A stretch of DNA of 64,000 nucleotides from Spirochaetales bacterium (GCA_046538735.1 JBKHII010000007.1:15296-79295), one strand, 5' to 3'. Positions 53,041-63,211 are shown, counted from the stretch's first letter. The notes: generated from the letters alone by a model not told the origin. Numbers and translations: made by a program.

Positions 53041-55121
53041 TCCTCGACTCGAATTTCGGCCAGAGCCTCAATGCGCACGTCCGCGACGATCTCCGGCACG
53101 GACAGAACCGCGAGATCGGGTATCTCTCGCCGGGCGCTCGCCTTGACCAGCGGACGCGCCGCCTCGGAACACAGAATCACCGGTACGTGACCAAGTTGCT
53201 GGACGTTGTGCGCCGCGTTCGTGAGCGCCGTGATCCACGTGCGCTGCACGTCCGGGGAGAGCGCCGGAACGATGCCTCCCGCCGTCTCCACGCGAGAGTC
53301 CACGATGCGCCGCTCGAGCGACGGCTCGATCGTCACGACGTGGATTGTCCGTTCGTCGTCCGTGTACTGCAGACAGATCTGCCGAGCGAGCGCCTGTCGG
53401 ACCTTCTCCACCAGGAAGGTGGGTTCCTTGCTCACCGCGGCAAAGTCCGCCAACGCCTCCATGATCGCTACAAGGTTGCGAATCGAGACCTGTTCGTCCA
53501 ACAAGCTCTGCAGCACCTTCTGGATCTCACCCAGCGAGAGGACACCCTGAACGTCCTCAACGACCGCCGAGTACTCCTTCTTCAGCGCATCGAGCATGCT
53601 CCGCACTTCCTGGCGCCCGAGAATGTCGGCGGCGTGCCGCTTGATGATCTCGGTCAGGTGTGTCGCGATGATCGAGGGAGAATCTACAACCGTATAGCCG
53701 GCCCGCTCGGCCCGATCGCGTACGTCTTCGGAAATCCACATCGCGGGTAGTCCGAAGGCGGGATCGGTCGCTCGCTCGCCGGGGACCTCCTCGCTCACCT
53801 GACCGGGATTGATTGCCAGGTAGTGTCCCATTCGGATCGTGCCCCGTCCGACCTCCGTTCCCCTGATCTTGAAGCTGTACTCGCTCGGTTCCAGGCGCAT
53901 ATTGTCGATGATCCGAATCCGTGGCACCACGAGCCCCAGGTCCAGCGCCATCTCACGACGGATCCGAGTGACCCGATCAAGCAGCTCGGCACCCTTGTCG
54001 CGGTCCACGAGCGGAACGAGGCCGTACCCGAGCTCGAGCGACAGCGGGTCGAGCGGCGCGACCGGGGAGATCTCCGCCGGCGCCTCGGGCGCGTGTTCGG
54101 CCTGCGCCTCCTTCGCCTGCGCCTCCTCTCGCGCCTGACGGTGGCCGAGACGGTAGGCCAGGAACGCGCTTAGGCCCGAAAGCGGGATCAAGACGTACCA
54201 CGGGAAGCCGGGCAGAAACGAGAGCCCGAGAAGGAACGCGGCCACGATCCAGTAGATGCGACTCTGGCGAGAGAACTGCTCGGTGATGTCGTCGCCGAAC
54301 GACCCGTCCGAGACCGCACGGGTGACGATGATACCGGTGGCCGTTGCGATCAGAAGCGACGGGAACTGGGTGACGAGACCGTCGCCCACAGCGAACCGGA
54401 TGTAGGTATCGGCGGCCTGCGCGAACGACTCGCCGTGGAGCGTCACTCCCACGACGATTCCGCCCACGATATTGATCACCGTGATCAGGATGCCGACCTT
54501 CACGTTCCCGCTGACGAACTTGCTCGCACCGTCCATGGCCCCGTAGAAGTCGACCTCGCGCTCGAGCTCACGCTTTCGCTTGCTTGCCGCCTCCTCGGTG
54601 ATCGCGCCGGAATTGTACTCCGCCTCGATCGCCATCTGCTTTCCGGGCAGCGCGTCCAGCGTGAACCTCGCCGCGACCTCGGCAACTCGCGTCGCGCCCT
54701 TCGTGATGACGATGTACTGAACGGCAATGAGGACGACGAAGATGATGATGCCGATCACGAGACCTTCGGTTCCGCTCGTGCCGACCACGAAGTTGCCGAA
54801 GGCAATGACGATTCGACCGTCGAACTCCGCGCCCTGTCCCAGTATCAACCGCGTTGACGAGACGTTCAGCGCGAGCCCGAACACGGTCGCCACGAGCAGG
54901 AGCGTCGGGAAGACGCTGAACTCGAGCGCGCTCGTCGTGTAGAGCACCGTGAGAATCACGAGCAGCGAGAGCACGATGTTGATCGCCATGAAGCCGTCGA
55001 GCAGGAAGGTTGGAAGCGGAATGATCAGCATCATCACGACGACGATCACACCGACCGCGATGAAGATGTCGCTTCGCTTCCTCAGAAACGCATTACTCAG
55101 CACCGATTGGACATCAGCCAT
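53037..55121 (-). CDS. flhA: Flagellar type III export protein FlhA
   Basis: 694 aa. AEVAARFTLDALPGKQMAIEAEYNSG. TM N-terminal domain plus cytoplasmic C-terminal domain. Confidence 0.97.
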   Translation of the reverse strand: MADVQSVLSNAFLRKRSDIFIAVGVIVVVMMLIIPLPTFLLDGFMAINIVLSLLVILTVLYTTSALEFSVFPTLLLVATVFGLALNVSSTRLILGQGAEFDGRIVIAFGNFVVGTSGTEGLVIGIIIFVVLIAVQYIVITKGATRVAEVAARFTLDALPGKQMAIEAEYNSGAITEEAASKRKRELEREVDFYGAMDGASKFVSGNVKVGILITVINIVGGIVVGVTLHGESFAQAADTYIRFAVGDGLVTQFPSLLIATATGIIVTRAVSDGSFGDDITEQFSRQSRIYWIVAAFLLGLSFLPGFPWYVLIPLSGLSAFLAYRLGHRQAREEAQAKEAQAEHAPEAPAEISPVAPLDPLSLELGYGLVPLVDRDKGAELLDRVTRIRREMALDLGLVVPRIRIIDNMRLEPSEYSFKIRGTEVGRGTIRMGHYLAINPGQVSEEVPGERATDPAFGLPAMWISEDVRDRAERAGYTVVDSPSIIATHLTEIIKRHAADILGRQEVRSMLDALKKEYSAVVEDVQGVLSLGEIQKVLQSLLDEQVSIRNLVAIMEALADFAAVSKEPTFLVEKVRQALARQICLQYTDDERTIHVVTIEPSLERRIVDSRVETAGGIVPALSPDVQRTWITALTNAAHNVQQLGHVPVILCSEAARPLVKASARREIPDLAVLSVPEIVADVRIEALAEIRVEE

Positions 55122-56271
55122 ACTGGCCCCCCACTGCCTTGCCGGTCATCCGATAGACCTGCTTCAGCACGATCACCACCGCTTCGTAGAACTTCTCGGG
55201 GATGGTGTCGCCGATCTCGACCTCCGCGTAGAGCGCTCGAGCAAGCGGTTTGTTCTCTATGATGGGGACATCGGCCTCCGCCGCGATCTCGCGAATCCGA
55301 AACGCCATGTTGTCCTGTCCCTTCGCGATAACCGTAGGCGCGTCCATCGTGAGGCGGTCGTACTGCATCGCCACGGCGAAGTGAGTCGGGTTCGTGACGA
55401 CAACGTCCGCGCTCGGTACGTTTTGGAGCATACTGCGGCTCAGAAGCTCGTTCATGCGCTGCCGCATCCTGCTCTTGATCAGCGGGTCTCCCTCGAAGGT
55501 GCGACGTTCTTCCTTCACTTCATGAAGAGTCATCTTCAGCGACTCCATGTGTTGCCTGCGCTGGAAGAGGTAGTCGAACACCGCGAGGACGAGCATGAGG
55601 ATTGCAGACTGGAGCAGCATGTTGAATGCGATCTCGGTGATGAGCGAGAACGACTGCAAGAACGGCGCGCTCAACGTTGCGGTGATCTCCTCGATCCGGA
55701 ACGCGACGTTGATGATGCCGAGCACCACGATCAAGACGACCTTCCCCATCGATTTCGCGAGATTGAAGAGCGCCTCGGTGCTCATGAGCGCACGCTGGAA
55801 GAACTTGCCGAACCGCGGAGCAATCCGGTTGAAGTCCGGTGTGATCGTCTTGGTCGTGAAGAGGAACCCGACCTGAACAACGTTCCCCAGAATCGCCGCG
55901 GCAAACGCCACGAGCGCAATCGGGAGCGAGAGTCGAATGAAGTAGGCGTAGAACGATCGCATGATCGTTCCGTTCCCTGCAATCTCCGCCTCGGTCGACC
56001 GGCGCAGGAAGTACGTCACCATCTCGAGCGAGTTGTCGAAGATGTAGCGCGAGAGAATGAGAAGCGCGACGACGCTGAACAGCAGGATGATCGAGCCCGT
56101 AACATCCTGGCTCTTCGCGACCTTCCCTTCCTCGCGAGCCTTCTGGATCTTGTGCTCGGTCGGCTCTTCGGTCCGTCCCTCGTCTTCGGCGGCGAACCAC
56201 TGAAGATGGACGGTGGCGAGGACCGAGAGGAGGTCGTCGTTCTGCGGCGCGAGGATGCGCGAGTCGATCAC
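55114..56271 (-). CDS. flhB: Flagellar type III export protein FlhB
   Basis: EEPTEHKIQKAREEGKVAKSQD and the autocleavage site VVTNPTHFAVA. Confidence 0.97.
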   Translation of the reverse strand: MIDSRILAPQNDDLLSVLATVHLQWFAAEDEGRTEEPTEHKIQKAREEGKVAKSQDVTGSIILLFSVVALLILSRYIFDNSLEMVTYFLRRSTEAEIAGNGTIMRSFYAYFIRLSLPIALVAFAAAILGNVVQVGFLFTTKTITPDFNRIAPRFGKFFQRALMSTEALFNLAKSMGKVVLIVVLGIINVAFRIEEITATLSAPFLQSFSLITEIAFNMLLQSAILMLVLAVFDYLFQRRQHMESLKMTLHEVKEERRTFEGDPLIKSRMRQRMNELLSRSMLQNVPSADVVVTNPTHFAVAMQYDRLTMDAPTVIAKGQDNMAFRIREIAAEADVPIIENKPLARALYAEVEIGDTIPEKFYEAVVIVLKQVYRMTGKAVGGQYG

Positions 56272-57059
56272 GTCCCCACCTCCGCTGCTCCGCGGAAGAA
56301 CTCCATGAGACGCTCGAATCCGACTGCAATCAATCGGTCGAAGGCCTCCATGAGAAACGGTATCGAGACGAGCATGAGAACGAACGCAACGCCGATCGAG
56401 AAGGGGAAGCCGAGCATGAGGAGGTTCATCTGTGGCGCGGCCTTCGCGAGAAGACCCATCACGACCTGTACCAGAAAGAGCGTTCCTAAGATCGGAAACG
56501 AGATGATGAGCGCGTTCTCGAACAGCGCGCTCAGACCCCGCAGGATGGACATCAGGATGTCCTCTCGCAGGAGAACGAGATCAACCGCCCGGACCGCCTG
56601 AAACGAGTAGTAGACGCCTGTGAGGAAGATCTTCTGGAATCCCGCGGTGAAGACGAACACAAGCATCGCAACGACGTTCAGGAACTGCCCGAGGAGGGGT
56701 ATCTCCACTTGGGCAAGCGGGTCGAACACCTGGCTCGCGCCGAACCCCATCTGCAGACTGAACAGCTGTCCGGCCGTTTGGAACGCCGCGTATACGAGCG
56801 CAAGCATGAAGCCCATGATGATTCCGATCATCGCCTCGCCGACCGCGAGGAACGCGTACGCGAGTCCGCTGTCCGGCAACGGATAGCCCGCCGCCGCCAC
56901 CGACGGGAAGGTGAGCGAGGCCGCGAGCAAGGCAAGAGCGACTTTCGCAAGCCCGGGAATCGACCCGGAGCTCAACAATGGTGCGAACTGCAGCATCGCA
57001 ATCACGCGGACGAAAAGGAGGAAGTAAAGCTGTGCGTTGCCCACGAGCTCGTTCAGCAT
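56268..57059 (-). CDS. fliR: Flagellar type III export protein FliR
   Basis: 263-aa polytopic protein between fliQ and flhB. ATGA overlap with flhB. Confidence 0.9.
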   Translation of the reverse strand: MLNELVGNAQLYFLLFVRVIAMLQFAPLLSSGSIPGLAKVALALLAASLTFPSVAAAGYPLPDSGLAYAFLAVGEAMIGIIMGFMLALVYAAFQTAGQLFSLQMGFGASQVFDPLAQVEIPLLGQFLNVVAMLVFVFTAGFQKIFLTGVYYSFQAVRAVDLVLLREDILMSILRGLSALFENALIISFPILGTLFLVQVVMGLLAKAAPQMNLLMLGFPFSIGVAFVLMLVSIPFLMEAFDRLIAVGFERLMEFFRGAAEVGT

Positions 57060-57064
57060 CTACG

Positions 57065-57334
57065 CTACCCGACCATCTGAGGTATCCGGTCGAAGACACT
57101 CTGAGTGAACTGGACCAGAACTCGGATCATCCAGGGGCCCATCACGAAGATCGAGAGCAGAATCGCGGCGATCTTCGGAACGAAGGTCAGTGTCTGTTCC
57201 TGGATCGAGGTTGTTGCCTGAACGATAGATACGATCAGCCCCACGACCAAGCCGGTTATCAAGGCGGGCGCAGACACGATCAGGATGTGGAAGATCCCAC
57301 TCCGGATGATCTCTACCGCTCCTCCCATATCCAT
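57065..57334 (-). CDS. fliQ: Flagellar type III export protein FliQ
   Basis: 89 aa from MDMGGAVEIIRSG...VSIVQATTSIQEQTLTFVPKI. ATG overlaps the fliP TGA. The ORF-track N-terminal extension was rejected. Confidence 0.9.
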   Translation of the reverse strand: MDMGGAVEIIRSGIFHILIVSAPALITGLVVGLIVSIVQATTSIQEQTLTFVPKIAAILLSIFVMGPWMIRVLVQFTQSVFDRIPQMVG

Positions 57335-58152
57335 CAGAAGCCTCCAAAGCTCGCGACGAGCTGCTGCGACAGAAGCGTCCATCCGTCCACGAGCACGAAC
57401 AAGATCAGCTTGAACGGCAGCGAGATCATGATGGGCGGCAGCATGATCATGCCCATCGACATCAGTGTGGACGCCACGACCATATCGATGATGATGAACG
57501 GGATGTAGAGCAGTATCCCGATCTTGAACGCCACGGTGAGCTCGTGCAGGATGAACGCCGGAATGAGCGCGTGCGTTGGGACATCCGCGAAGGTCGCGGG
57601 CGCCGGCATGCCTCCCATCCGCATGAAGAGCCGAATCGTATCGGGATTCTTCTCCATCTGGCGATACATGAACAGGCGCATCGGAGCCTCGAACTCCTGA
57701 TACGCCTCCTCGACTCCGATCTCGCCCTCAGAGAGCGGCACGAACGCGTCTTCGTAGATCGTCGTGAACGTGGGCCACATGATGAAGACGGTCATGAACA
57801 ACGCAACGCCCATCAGCACCTGGCTCGGCGGAACCTGCTGCAGCGAGAGCGCACGCTTCACGAAGTCGAACACGATCGCGATCCGAAGGAAGCTCGTCAT
57901 GAGGATGATGATCGACGGCGCAAGACTGAGCACCGAGAGCAACAGGAGGAGCTGCAAAGACAGCGCTACTTCCTGCCCGGTCTCCGGCTCTCGCACCTGC
58001 AGGTCCACGAACGGGATTCTGAGCGCTTCCTCGCCCGGCGGAACCACGTCGTCCGCGCCTCCGAGTTGCTGCGCACTCGCGGCCGGCACGAAGACGGCCG
58101 CCAGTATCGCCGTCGCGAGTATCATGATGATCGGTCTGCTGAAACGGTCCAT
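57334..58152 (-). CDS. fliP: Flagellar type III export protein FliP
   Basis: LLLLSVLSLAPSIIILMTSFLRIAIVFDFVKRALSLQQVPP...PFKLILFVLVDGW. Confidence 0.97.
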   Translation of the reverse strand: MDRFSRPIIMILATAILAAVFVPAASAQQLGGADDVVPPGEEALRIPFVDLQVREPETGQEVALSLQLLLLLSVLSLAPSIIILMTSFLRIAIVFDFVKRALSLQQVPPSQVLMGVALFMTVFIMWPTFTTIYEDAFVPLSEGEIGVEEAYQEFEAPMRLFMYRQMEKNPDTIRLFMRMGGMPAPATFADVPTHALIPAFILHELTVAFKIGILLYIPFIIIDMVVASTLMSMGMIMLPPIMISLPFKLILFVLVDGWTLLSQQLVASFGGF

Positions 58153-58175
58153 TCCCCCCCCAGTTCCTGAACCGT

Positions 58176-58733
58176 CTACTGACGGAGCCGTTGCAGCCGT
58201 TCTCGCTGCTGCCGCATCAGGTCGAGCGAGCCGGCCTGCGACCCCTTCACAAGCGACGCCAACAGTTCCCCGAAACTCTTCCGCGGAGCATCCGCGGCCT
58301 CTGCGGCGGAGAGAACTATCGCGTCTACCGTCTCCTTGTCCGTGATCTCCCCGAGCAGCGTCACCGACTCACTCCCGGCACCAACCATGAAGACCTGAGC
58401 CCCCACCTGCACGAGATAGACCGCACGGTTACCCGGAAGCGACTGTGAGCCGACTACTCGAATGAGGTCCGTCTGCGCGAACTTTCCGGTTCCCGCACGC
58501 TTGAGGAAATGGAAGACGAGGTAGATGATACCGACGACGCACCCGAGGACGAGCACCATCCTCGCCAAGTCCCAGAAGCTGAACGGCGAGACGCTCACCC
58601 CGTCGTCCGAGGCGTCCCCGGCAGGCTCCCCGAGCACGAGCGTTGACTCGTCGATTCGCTCGTTCGCTACCGGTTCCCCGGAGGCGTCCGAAGTTTCTTG
58701 AGATACGAGCAGGAACGGGACGCAAAGCCCCAT
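58176..58733 (-). CDS. fliO: Flagellar biosynthesis protein FliO/FliZ
   Basis: Single TM MVLVLGCVVGIIYLVFHFLKR, located between fliY and fliP. The true start may be ATC 58760 (see findings). Confidence 0.75.
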   Translation of the reverse strand: MGLCVPFLLVSQETSDASGEPVANERIDESTLVLGEPAGDASDDGVSVSPFSFWDLARMVLVLGCVVGIIYLVFHFLKRAGTGKFAQTDLIRVVGSQSLPGNRAVYLVQVGAQVFMVGAGSESVTLLGEITDKETVDAIVLSAAEAADAPRKSFGELLASLVKGSQAGSLDLMRQQRERLQRLRQ

Positions 58734-58875
58734 TCCGAGTACAAGTGCAAGGCGTTTGATCTGTCCCCTCCCGTCAGTGGCGGCGCCGGGCTCCCATCCG
58801 TTGCCGCCGGAATCGCCGGCCGAAGCGCAGCACGGTTAACACCGCGCATCGTTCGGCGATCCCGCCTCTCGCGAG

Positions 58876-59946
58876 CTACGGCATGCCGCTCATCCGCTCC
58901 ATCGGAGATACGATCTCCGTGACTCGAACACCAAAGTTTTCGTCTATGACCACGACCTCACCCTTCGCGATGAGCTTGTGGTTCACGAGGATGTCAACGG
59001 GCTCGCCGGCGAGCTTGTCCAGCTCGATGATCGTGCCCTCGCCCATCCCCAGTATCTCCTTGATCAGCTTTCTCGTGCGGCCGAGCTCAACGGTCATCTC
59101 CATGTACACGTCCATGAGAAGACCGATATTGCCCTGATCCGCGCCGCCTCCGGCCGGGCTCAGGTTCGGAAACTGCACGCTCTGAACGTTCGGATTCCCA
59201 CCCATCTGCATGCCCATCATACCGGCGTTCGCCGCCTGACCGCCAATGTTCATGCCACCGCCCTGCTGCATCGCCGGCTGCTGTTGCGCGCCCACTCCGG
59301 CGCCGGTCTCCGCACCGAGCGCGGCGATGACGACGTTCGCATCGAACACCTCGTGGACCTGGAACGCGTCAGTATCGTCGATTTTCACCGTATAGGTCAG
59401 CTTCACGAACTGCTCGCTCGGCAACGAGACGCTCCCGGCGTCGATCTGCCTCCCCTCCGGAGGATCGTTCATCACCGTCGTCCCGGCGCGGTCGCCGAGA
59501 GCGGTGATGACCGGACCGGCGATCTGGCTGAACGCCTCCTGGAGCGCGTTCACGGCTGCATCGTCGAGATCCACGCCCTCCTGCCCCATCATCGGGCCCG
59601 CGATACGAACGGCCGCGTCTTCTGCCAACACGTACGAGTGATGCCCCGGCGTGCCCTCGGTCAGATTGATCTCGACCTGAACGAGCGAGCCCGAGAGCGA
59701 CCCCCCGAACGTCTCGGCGTTCGTGAGCTCCACCGTGGGAGGCTGAATCGAGACCTCATTGTTCACGAGGAGCGAGAGATTGGACTCCTGGCTCCCGACC
59801 GTGCCGTGCACGAGCTGCTGAAACTGATTACGCTGCTGGTCGGTCAACGCCGGTGTCGTGGGACCGGCATCAAAACCCATACCTCCGGTTCCCTGCAACA
59901 GAGCGTCTATTTCGTCTTGGGAGAGCGATCCATCACTCATCGTCAT
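58876..59946 (-). CDS. fliY: Flagellar motor switch protein FliY/FliN (CheC-like N-terminal part plus SpoA C-terminal domain)
   Basis: N-terminal LSQDEIDALL. C-terminal VELGRTRKLIKEILGMGEGTIIELDKLAGEPVDILVNHKLIAKGEVVV. Confidence 0.9.
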   Translation of the reverse strand: MTMSDGSLSQDEIDALLQGTGGMGFDAGPTTPALTDQQRNQFQQLVHGTVGSQESNLSLLVNNEVSIQPPTVELTNAETFGGSLSGSLVQVEINLTEGTPGHHSYVLAEDAAVRIAGPMMGQEGVDLDDAAVNALQEAFSQIAGPVITALGDRAGTTVMNDPPEGRQIDAGSVSLPSEQFVKLTYTVKIDDTDAFQVHEVFDANVVIAALGAETGAGVGAQQQPAMQQGGGMNIGGQAANAGMMGMQMGGNPNVQSVQFPNLSPAGGGADQGNIGLLMDVYMEMTVELGRTRKLIKEILGMGEGTIIELDKLAGEPVDILVNHKLIAKGEVVVIDENFGVRVTEIVSPMERMSGMP

Positions 59947-60968
59947 TCTCCTTCTTCAGCGACCAGCTCTTCGAAGTCCTCGTGCTCTATGTCCTCGAGC
60001 TGCTTGATGATCTGCACCGCCAGCTTGTTGCCGACCTGGCCGGGGCGGCACAGAAACTTCTGCCGATTCCCGATGTTCAGCGACATCGGGTCGTTGACGC
60101 GGACGTTCGGGAGACGGATGACGTCCCCCGGTCGCAGGCTGAGCACGTCGCCCACGGTAAGGTCCATGCGTCCGATTTCCGCTACGACCGTCACCGCGAC
60201 GGTCGCAAGCTTCTCACGAAGCGTGTTGAGGTTCTCGGTTGTCGTCCCGCGCCGCACGGTGGAGTACCAGTACTGGGCGCTGAGCTTGCTGATGATCGGC
60301 TCGATCGTCAGATACGGGATACAGAAATTGATCATCCCCTCGACCTCGCCGACCTTCGTCTCCAGGGTCACGAGTACGACCATCTCCGTGGGCGGGACGA
60401 TCTGCGCGAACTGCGGATTCGTGTCGATCTGGCCGAGCCGCGGCCGCAGATCAATCACCTGATTCCACGCTTCACGCATGCTGCCGAGAATACGGACGAT
60501 GATCCCCTCCATCACGGAGGTCTCGATGTCCGAGAGCTCGCGCGTGACCTTGCTGCCCTCGCCCTGTCCACCGAACAGGCGATCGATGATGCTGAAGGTA
60601 ATCGCGGGGTCTATCTCGAGAATCGCAGACCCTTTCAGCGGATCCATGTTGATGACTGCGAGCGTGGTTGGATTGGGAATCGAGCGGATGAACTCTTCGT
60701 AGGTCAGCTGATCGACGGAGGCGACGTGGAGCTGAACCAGACTCCGGAGCTGCGCGCTGAGACTCGTCGTCGTAAGACGAGCAAACGTCTCATGCATCAT
60801 GTTGATCGTTCGCAGCTGTTCCTTGGAGAACTTGTCCGGCCGCTTGAAGTCATAGATCTTGATCTTCCGCTGATCGGCCGGCTGAGGTATGTCTTCAGTT
60901 TCCATGTCTCCGGACGAAATGGCGGTCAGAAGCTGATCGATTTCGTCCTGAGATAGAACTTCCGTCAT
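59943..60968 (-). CDS. fliM: Flagellar motor switch protein FliM
   Basis: VLSQDEIDQLL, IKIYDFKRPDKFSKEQLRT, plus a C-terminal SpoA-like domain. Confidence 0.95.
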   Translation of the reverse strand: MTEVLSQDEIDQLLTAISSGDMETEDIPQPADQRKIKIYDFKRPDKFSKEQLRTINMMHETFARLTTTSLSAQLRSLVQLHVASVDQLTYEEFIRSIPNPTTLAVINMDPLKGSAILEIDPAITFSIIDRLFGGQGEGSKVTRELSDIETSVMEGIIVRILGSMREAWNQVIDLRPRLGQIDTNPQFAQIVPPTEMVVLVTLETKVGEVEGMINFCIPYLTIEPIISKLSAQYWYSTVRRGTTTENLNTLREKLATVAVTVVAEIGRMDLTVGDVLSLRPGDVIRLPNVRVNDPMSLNIGNRQKFLCRPGQVGNKLAVQIIKQLEDIEHEDFEELVAEEGE

Positions 60969-61048
60969 TCTATCTGTTCCCCTCCATCCCTATCGTCGCA
61001 CGAATCAACAGGAAAAGCAATCCCCAATACGCGCCTCGCCTTCGCCCG

Positions 61049-61606
61049 CTAGAAGGGCAGGAACTGGTAGCTGCCGAAGACAATATCGCGAATCTGGCCG
61101 CTCCGCAGGATCCGGTTGATCTGATCCTGCAGTTCCTGCCGTACTCGCGCCTTGTTTGCAGGTCCTTCGAGCTCCTCGGTCGTCTTCGAACCGAAGTAGT
61201 CGTTGAAGAGGCCCATCAACTGTATCCGCCGGTCGATCAACTCCGTCGTGAGCGAATCGTTGTCGCCGTCGTAGCCGAGAAACGGCTCCACGATGAAGGT
61301 CGTCCGAACCTCGTCCGCCGTGCTCCCGCGCAACTCACCGATCTGCTGAAACCACTCGAGAATGGGTTCTTCCGCACGGTAGTCCTCGCTCGTTGGCACG
61401 TCTGTTATCGCCCTGGTACCACGGTTCACGACGTTCAGCGCCACGACGACGACGGTCACGATGAAGATCACCGCGGCTAGAATGATCCCGACCCATTTCA
61501 GAACCTGAATGAGCACGCCGGGGAGAAACCCGACGCGTTTCTGTCCCGCCTGCGATTCTTCCGCCGCAACTACGTCATCGTCGGTCTCAAACATGTCGTC
61601 AGCCAT
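61049..61606 (-). CDS. fliL: Flagellar basal body-associated protein FliL
   Basis: Single N-terminal TM (ILAAVIFIVTVVVVAL). Located between motB and fliM. C-terminal RQELQDQINRILRSGQIRDIVF. Confidence 0.85.
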   Translation of the reverse strand: MADDMFETDDDVVAAEESQAGQKRVGFLPGVLIQVLKWVGIILAAVIFIVTVVVVALNVVNRGTRAITDVPTSEDYRAEEPILEWFQQIGELRGSTADEVRTTFIVEPFLGYDGDNDSLTTELIDRRIQLMGLFNDYFGSKTTEELEGPANKARVRQELQDQINRILRSGQIRDIVFGSYQFLPF

Positions 61607-61666
61607 ACGATCTCCTTATCCGCGAACCTGAAGCGGCGAAGCAGGGGCCACGCCGGCCTCGCGCGG

Positions 61667-62401
61667 CTACAGCGTTCCTTCCGTAAGAATAATCACGTCC
61701 ACCCGCCGGTTGTAGGCGCGCCCCTCGGCCGTGGTATTGTCCACAAGCGGCGCGAACTCCCCCCGGCTCATGAGCTGAAATCGCTCCTCGTCTACTCCGT
61801 AGTCCACGAGATACCGGAGAACGGACGCGGTGCGCGCGGCCGCAAGATCCCAGTTCGACTCGAATTGACTGTCCGGACCCACGGGGATGTTGTCCGTGTG
61901 CCCCTCCAGTCTGAAGGTCCGTTCGGAGATCTCCTCGGCGGACAACAGACGCGCGAGCTTCTGCAGCACCTCGCGCGTCTGTTCTATGTTTACGTTCGAG
62001 GACCCGCTCTCGAAGAACGCGTCCCCGGCGAGGCTGATCACCAGCCCCCGTTCATCCTCCGTAACGCGGACGAGATTGCTGCGGATCTCCGGTTCGAAGA
62101 TGCTGACCGCCTCGCGCCGCGCCTCGCTCAGCGCGCGTCCGCGCTCCATGGAAGGAAGCGACATGATCGTATTGCCGAGCTCGGCGAGCGGCCCCGCCTC
62201 GAGCGTATTCCCTCCGGTATCGTTGCCCAGTCCGGGAAAGGCGGCGAGTATCAGCCGGAGCTGATACCCGTCGATCGTCGCGGTCGTGAACATAAGCACG
62301 AAAAAGGTCAGCAGGAGCGTGACCATGTCGCCGTACGTGAGGAGCCAATCTGCCGCGCCCTCGGGTGGGCACTTCTTCTTTCGTTCTCCAGGACGTGCCA
62401 A
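61667..62401 (-). CDS. motB: Flagellar stator protein MotB
   Basis: WLLTYGDMVTLLLTFFVLMF plug/TM region and a C-terminal OmpA-like domain (GHTDNIP...NRRVDVII). Confidence 0.93.
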   Translation of the reverse strand: MARPGERKKKCPPEGAADWLLTYGDMVTLLLTFFVLMFTTATIDGYQLRLILAAFPGLGNDTGGNTLEAGPLAELGNTIMSLPSMERGRALSEARREAVSIFEPEIRSNLVRVTEDERGLVISLAGDAFFESGSSNVNIEQTREVLQKLARLLSAEEISERTFRLEGHTDNIPVGPDSQFESNWDLAAARTASVLRYLVDYGVDEERFQLMSRGEFAPLVDNTTAEGRAYNRRVDVIILTEGTL

Positions 62402-62419
62402 AAGCTCTCCTTCGCCGGG

Positions 62420-63205
62420 CTAGTCCCTCGCCGACTCCTGCCGCAGCACCTCGCGCTGCGCGGGAGGCAGGAAACTGATGAGCTTCTCGAGCAGGATACG
62501 TGGGTTATCGCCCGACTGAATCGAGAGGATGCCCTCGATGATGATTTCCTTCACTTTGGTTTCGTCCTTGTCCCGGTCTTCAAGCTTCGTCTTGAACGGC
62601 ATGAGCACGAGGTTCGCGAAGAGCGAGCCGTAGAGGGTCGTGATGAGCGCGACGGCCATTCCGGCTCCGATGACGCTCGCGTCGCCGCCCAGGTTCACGA
62701 GCATCTGAATGAGTCCGATCAGCGTGCCGATCATCCCGAACGCGGGCGCGATCTTGCCCCAGTCTTCGAAGATGCGAATGCCGCTCTCGTGGCGGCTCTG
62801 AATCTCGTTGAGGTCGTGATAGAGGATGCTCTTGATGATGTCGGGATCGGTCCCGTCAACGACGAGCTGGATGCCTTTGCGCATGAACTCGTCTTCGACC
62901 TCGTCCAGGTTGTCCTCGAGCGCGAGCAGACCCTCGCGTCGCGCGCGTTCGCTGAAAGCGACGAGGTCGCTGATGATCTTCTCTTCCTGCCAGTCCGGAG
63001 TCTGCATCGCGATCCGAACGTACTTCGCGATGCCGAGCATCCGCGAGAGCGGGTTCGCGACGAGCATCGCGGCGAACGAGCCGCCGATGACGACGATGAC
63101 GGACTGGAGATTGATGTAGTTGCCGAGTCCGGCCCCACCGGTGATGATCGTGACGAGGACGAGTGCAAAACCGCTAAGAATGCCGACGATCGTTCCGAGA
63201 TCCAC
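62420..63205 (-). CDS. motA: Flagellar stator protein MotA
   Basis: MDLGTIVGILSGFALVLV...PAFGMIGTLIGLIQML...TTLYGSLFANL. Confidence 0.95.
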   Translation of the reverse strand: MDLGTIVGILSGFALVLVTIITGGAGLGNYINLQSVIVVIGGSFAAMLVANPLSRMLGIAKYVRIAMQTPDWQEEKIISDLVAFSERARREGLLALEDNLDEVEDEFMRKGIQLVVDGTDPDIIKSILYHDLNEIQSRHESGIRIFEDWGKIAPAFGMIGTLIGLIQMLVNLGGDASVIGAGMAVALITTLYGSLFANLVLMPFKTKLEDRDKDETKVKEIIIEGILSIQSGDNPRILLEKLISFLPPAQREVLRQESARD

Positions 63206-63211
63206 TGACGG

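Noticed and set aside
58667-58849. 60-aa minus-strand ORF in the fliY-fliO gap
   Set aside because: It is in a different frame from the signal-peptide-like extension of fliO. It has poor composition and no SD.
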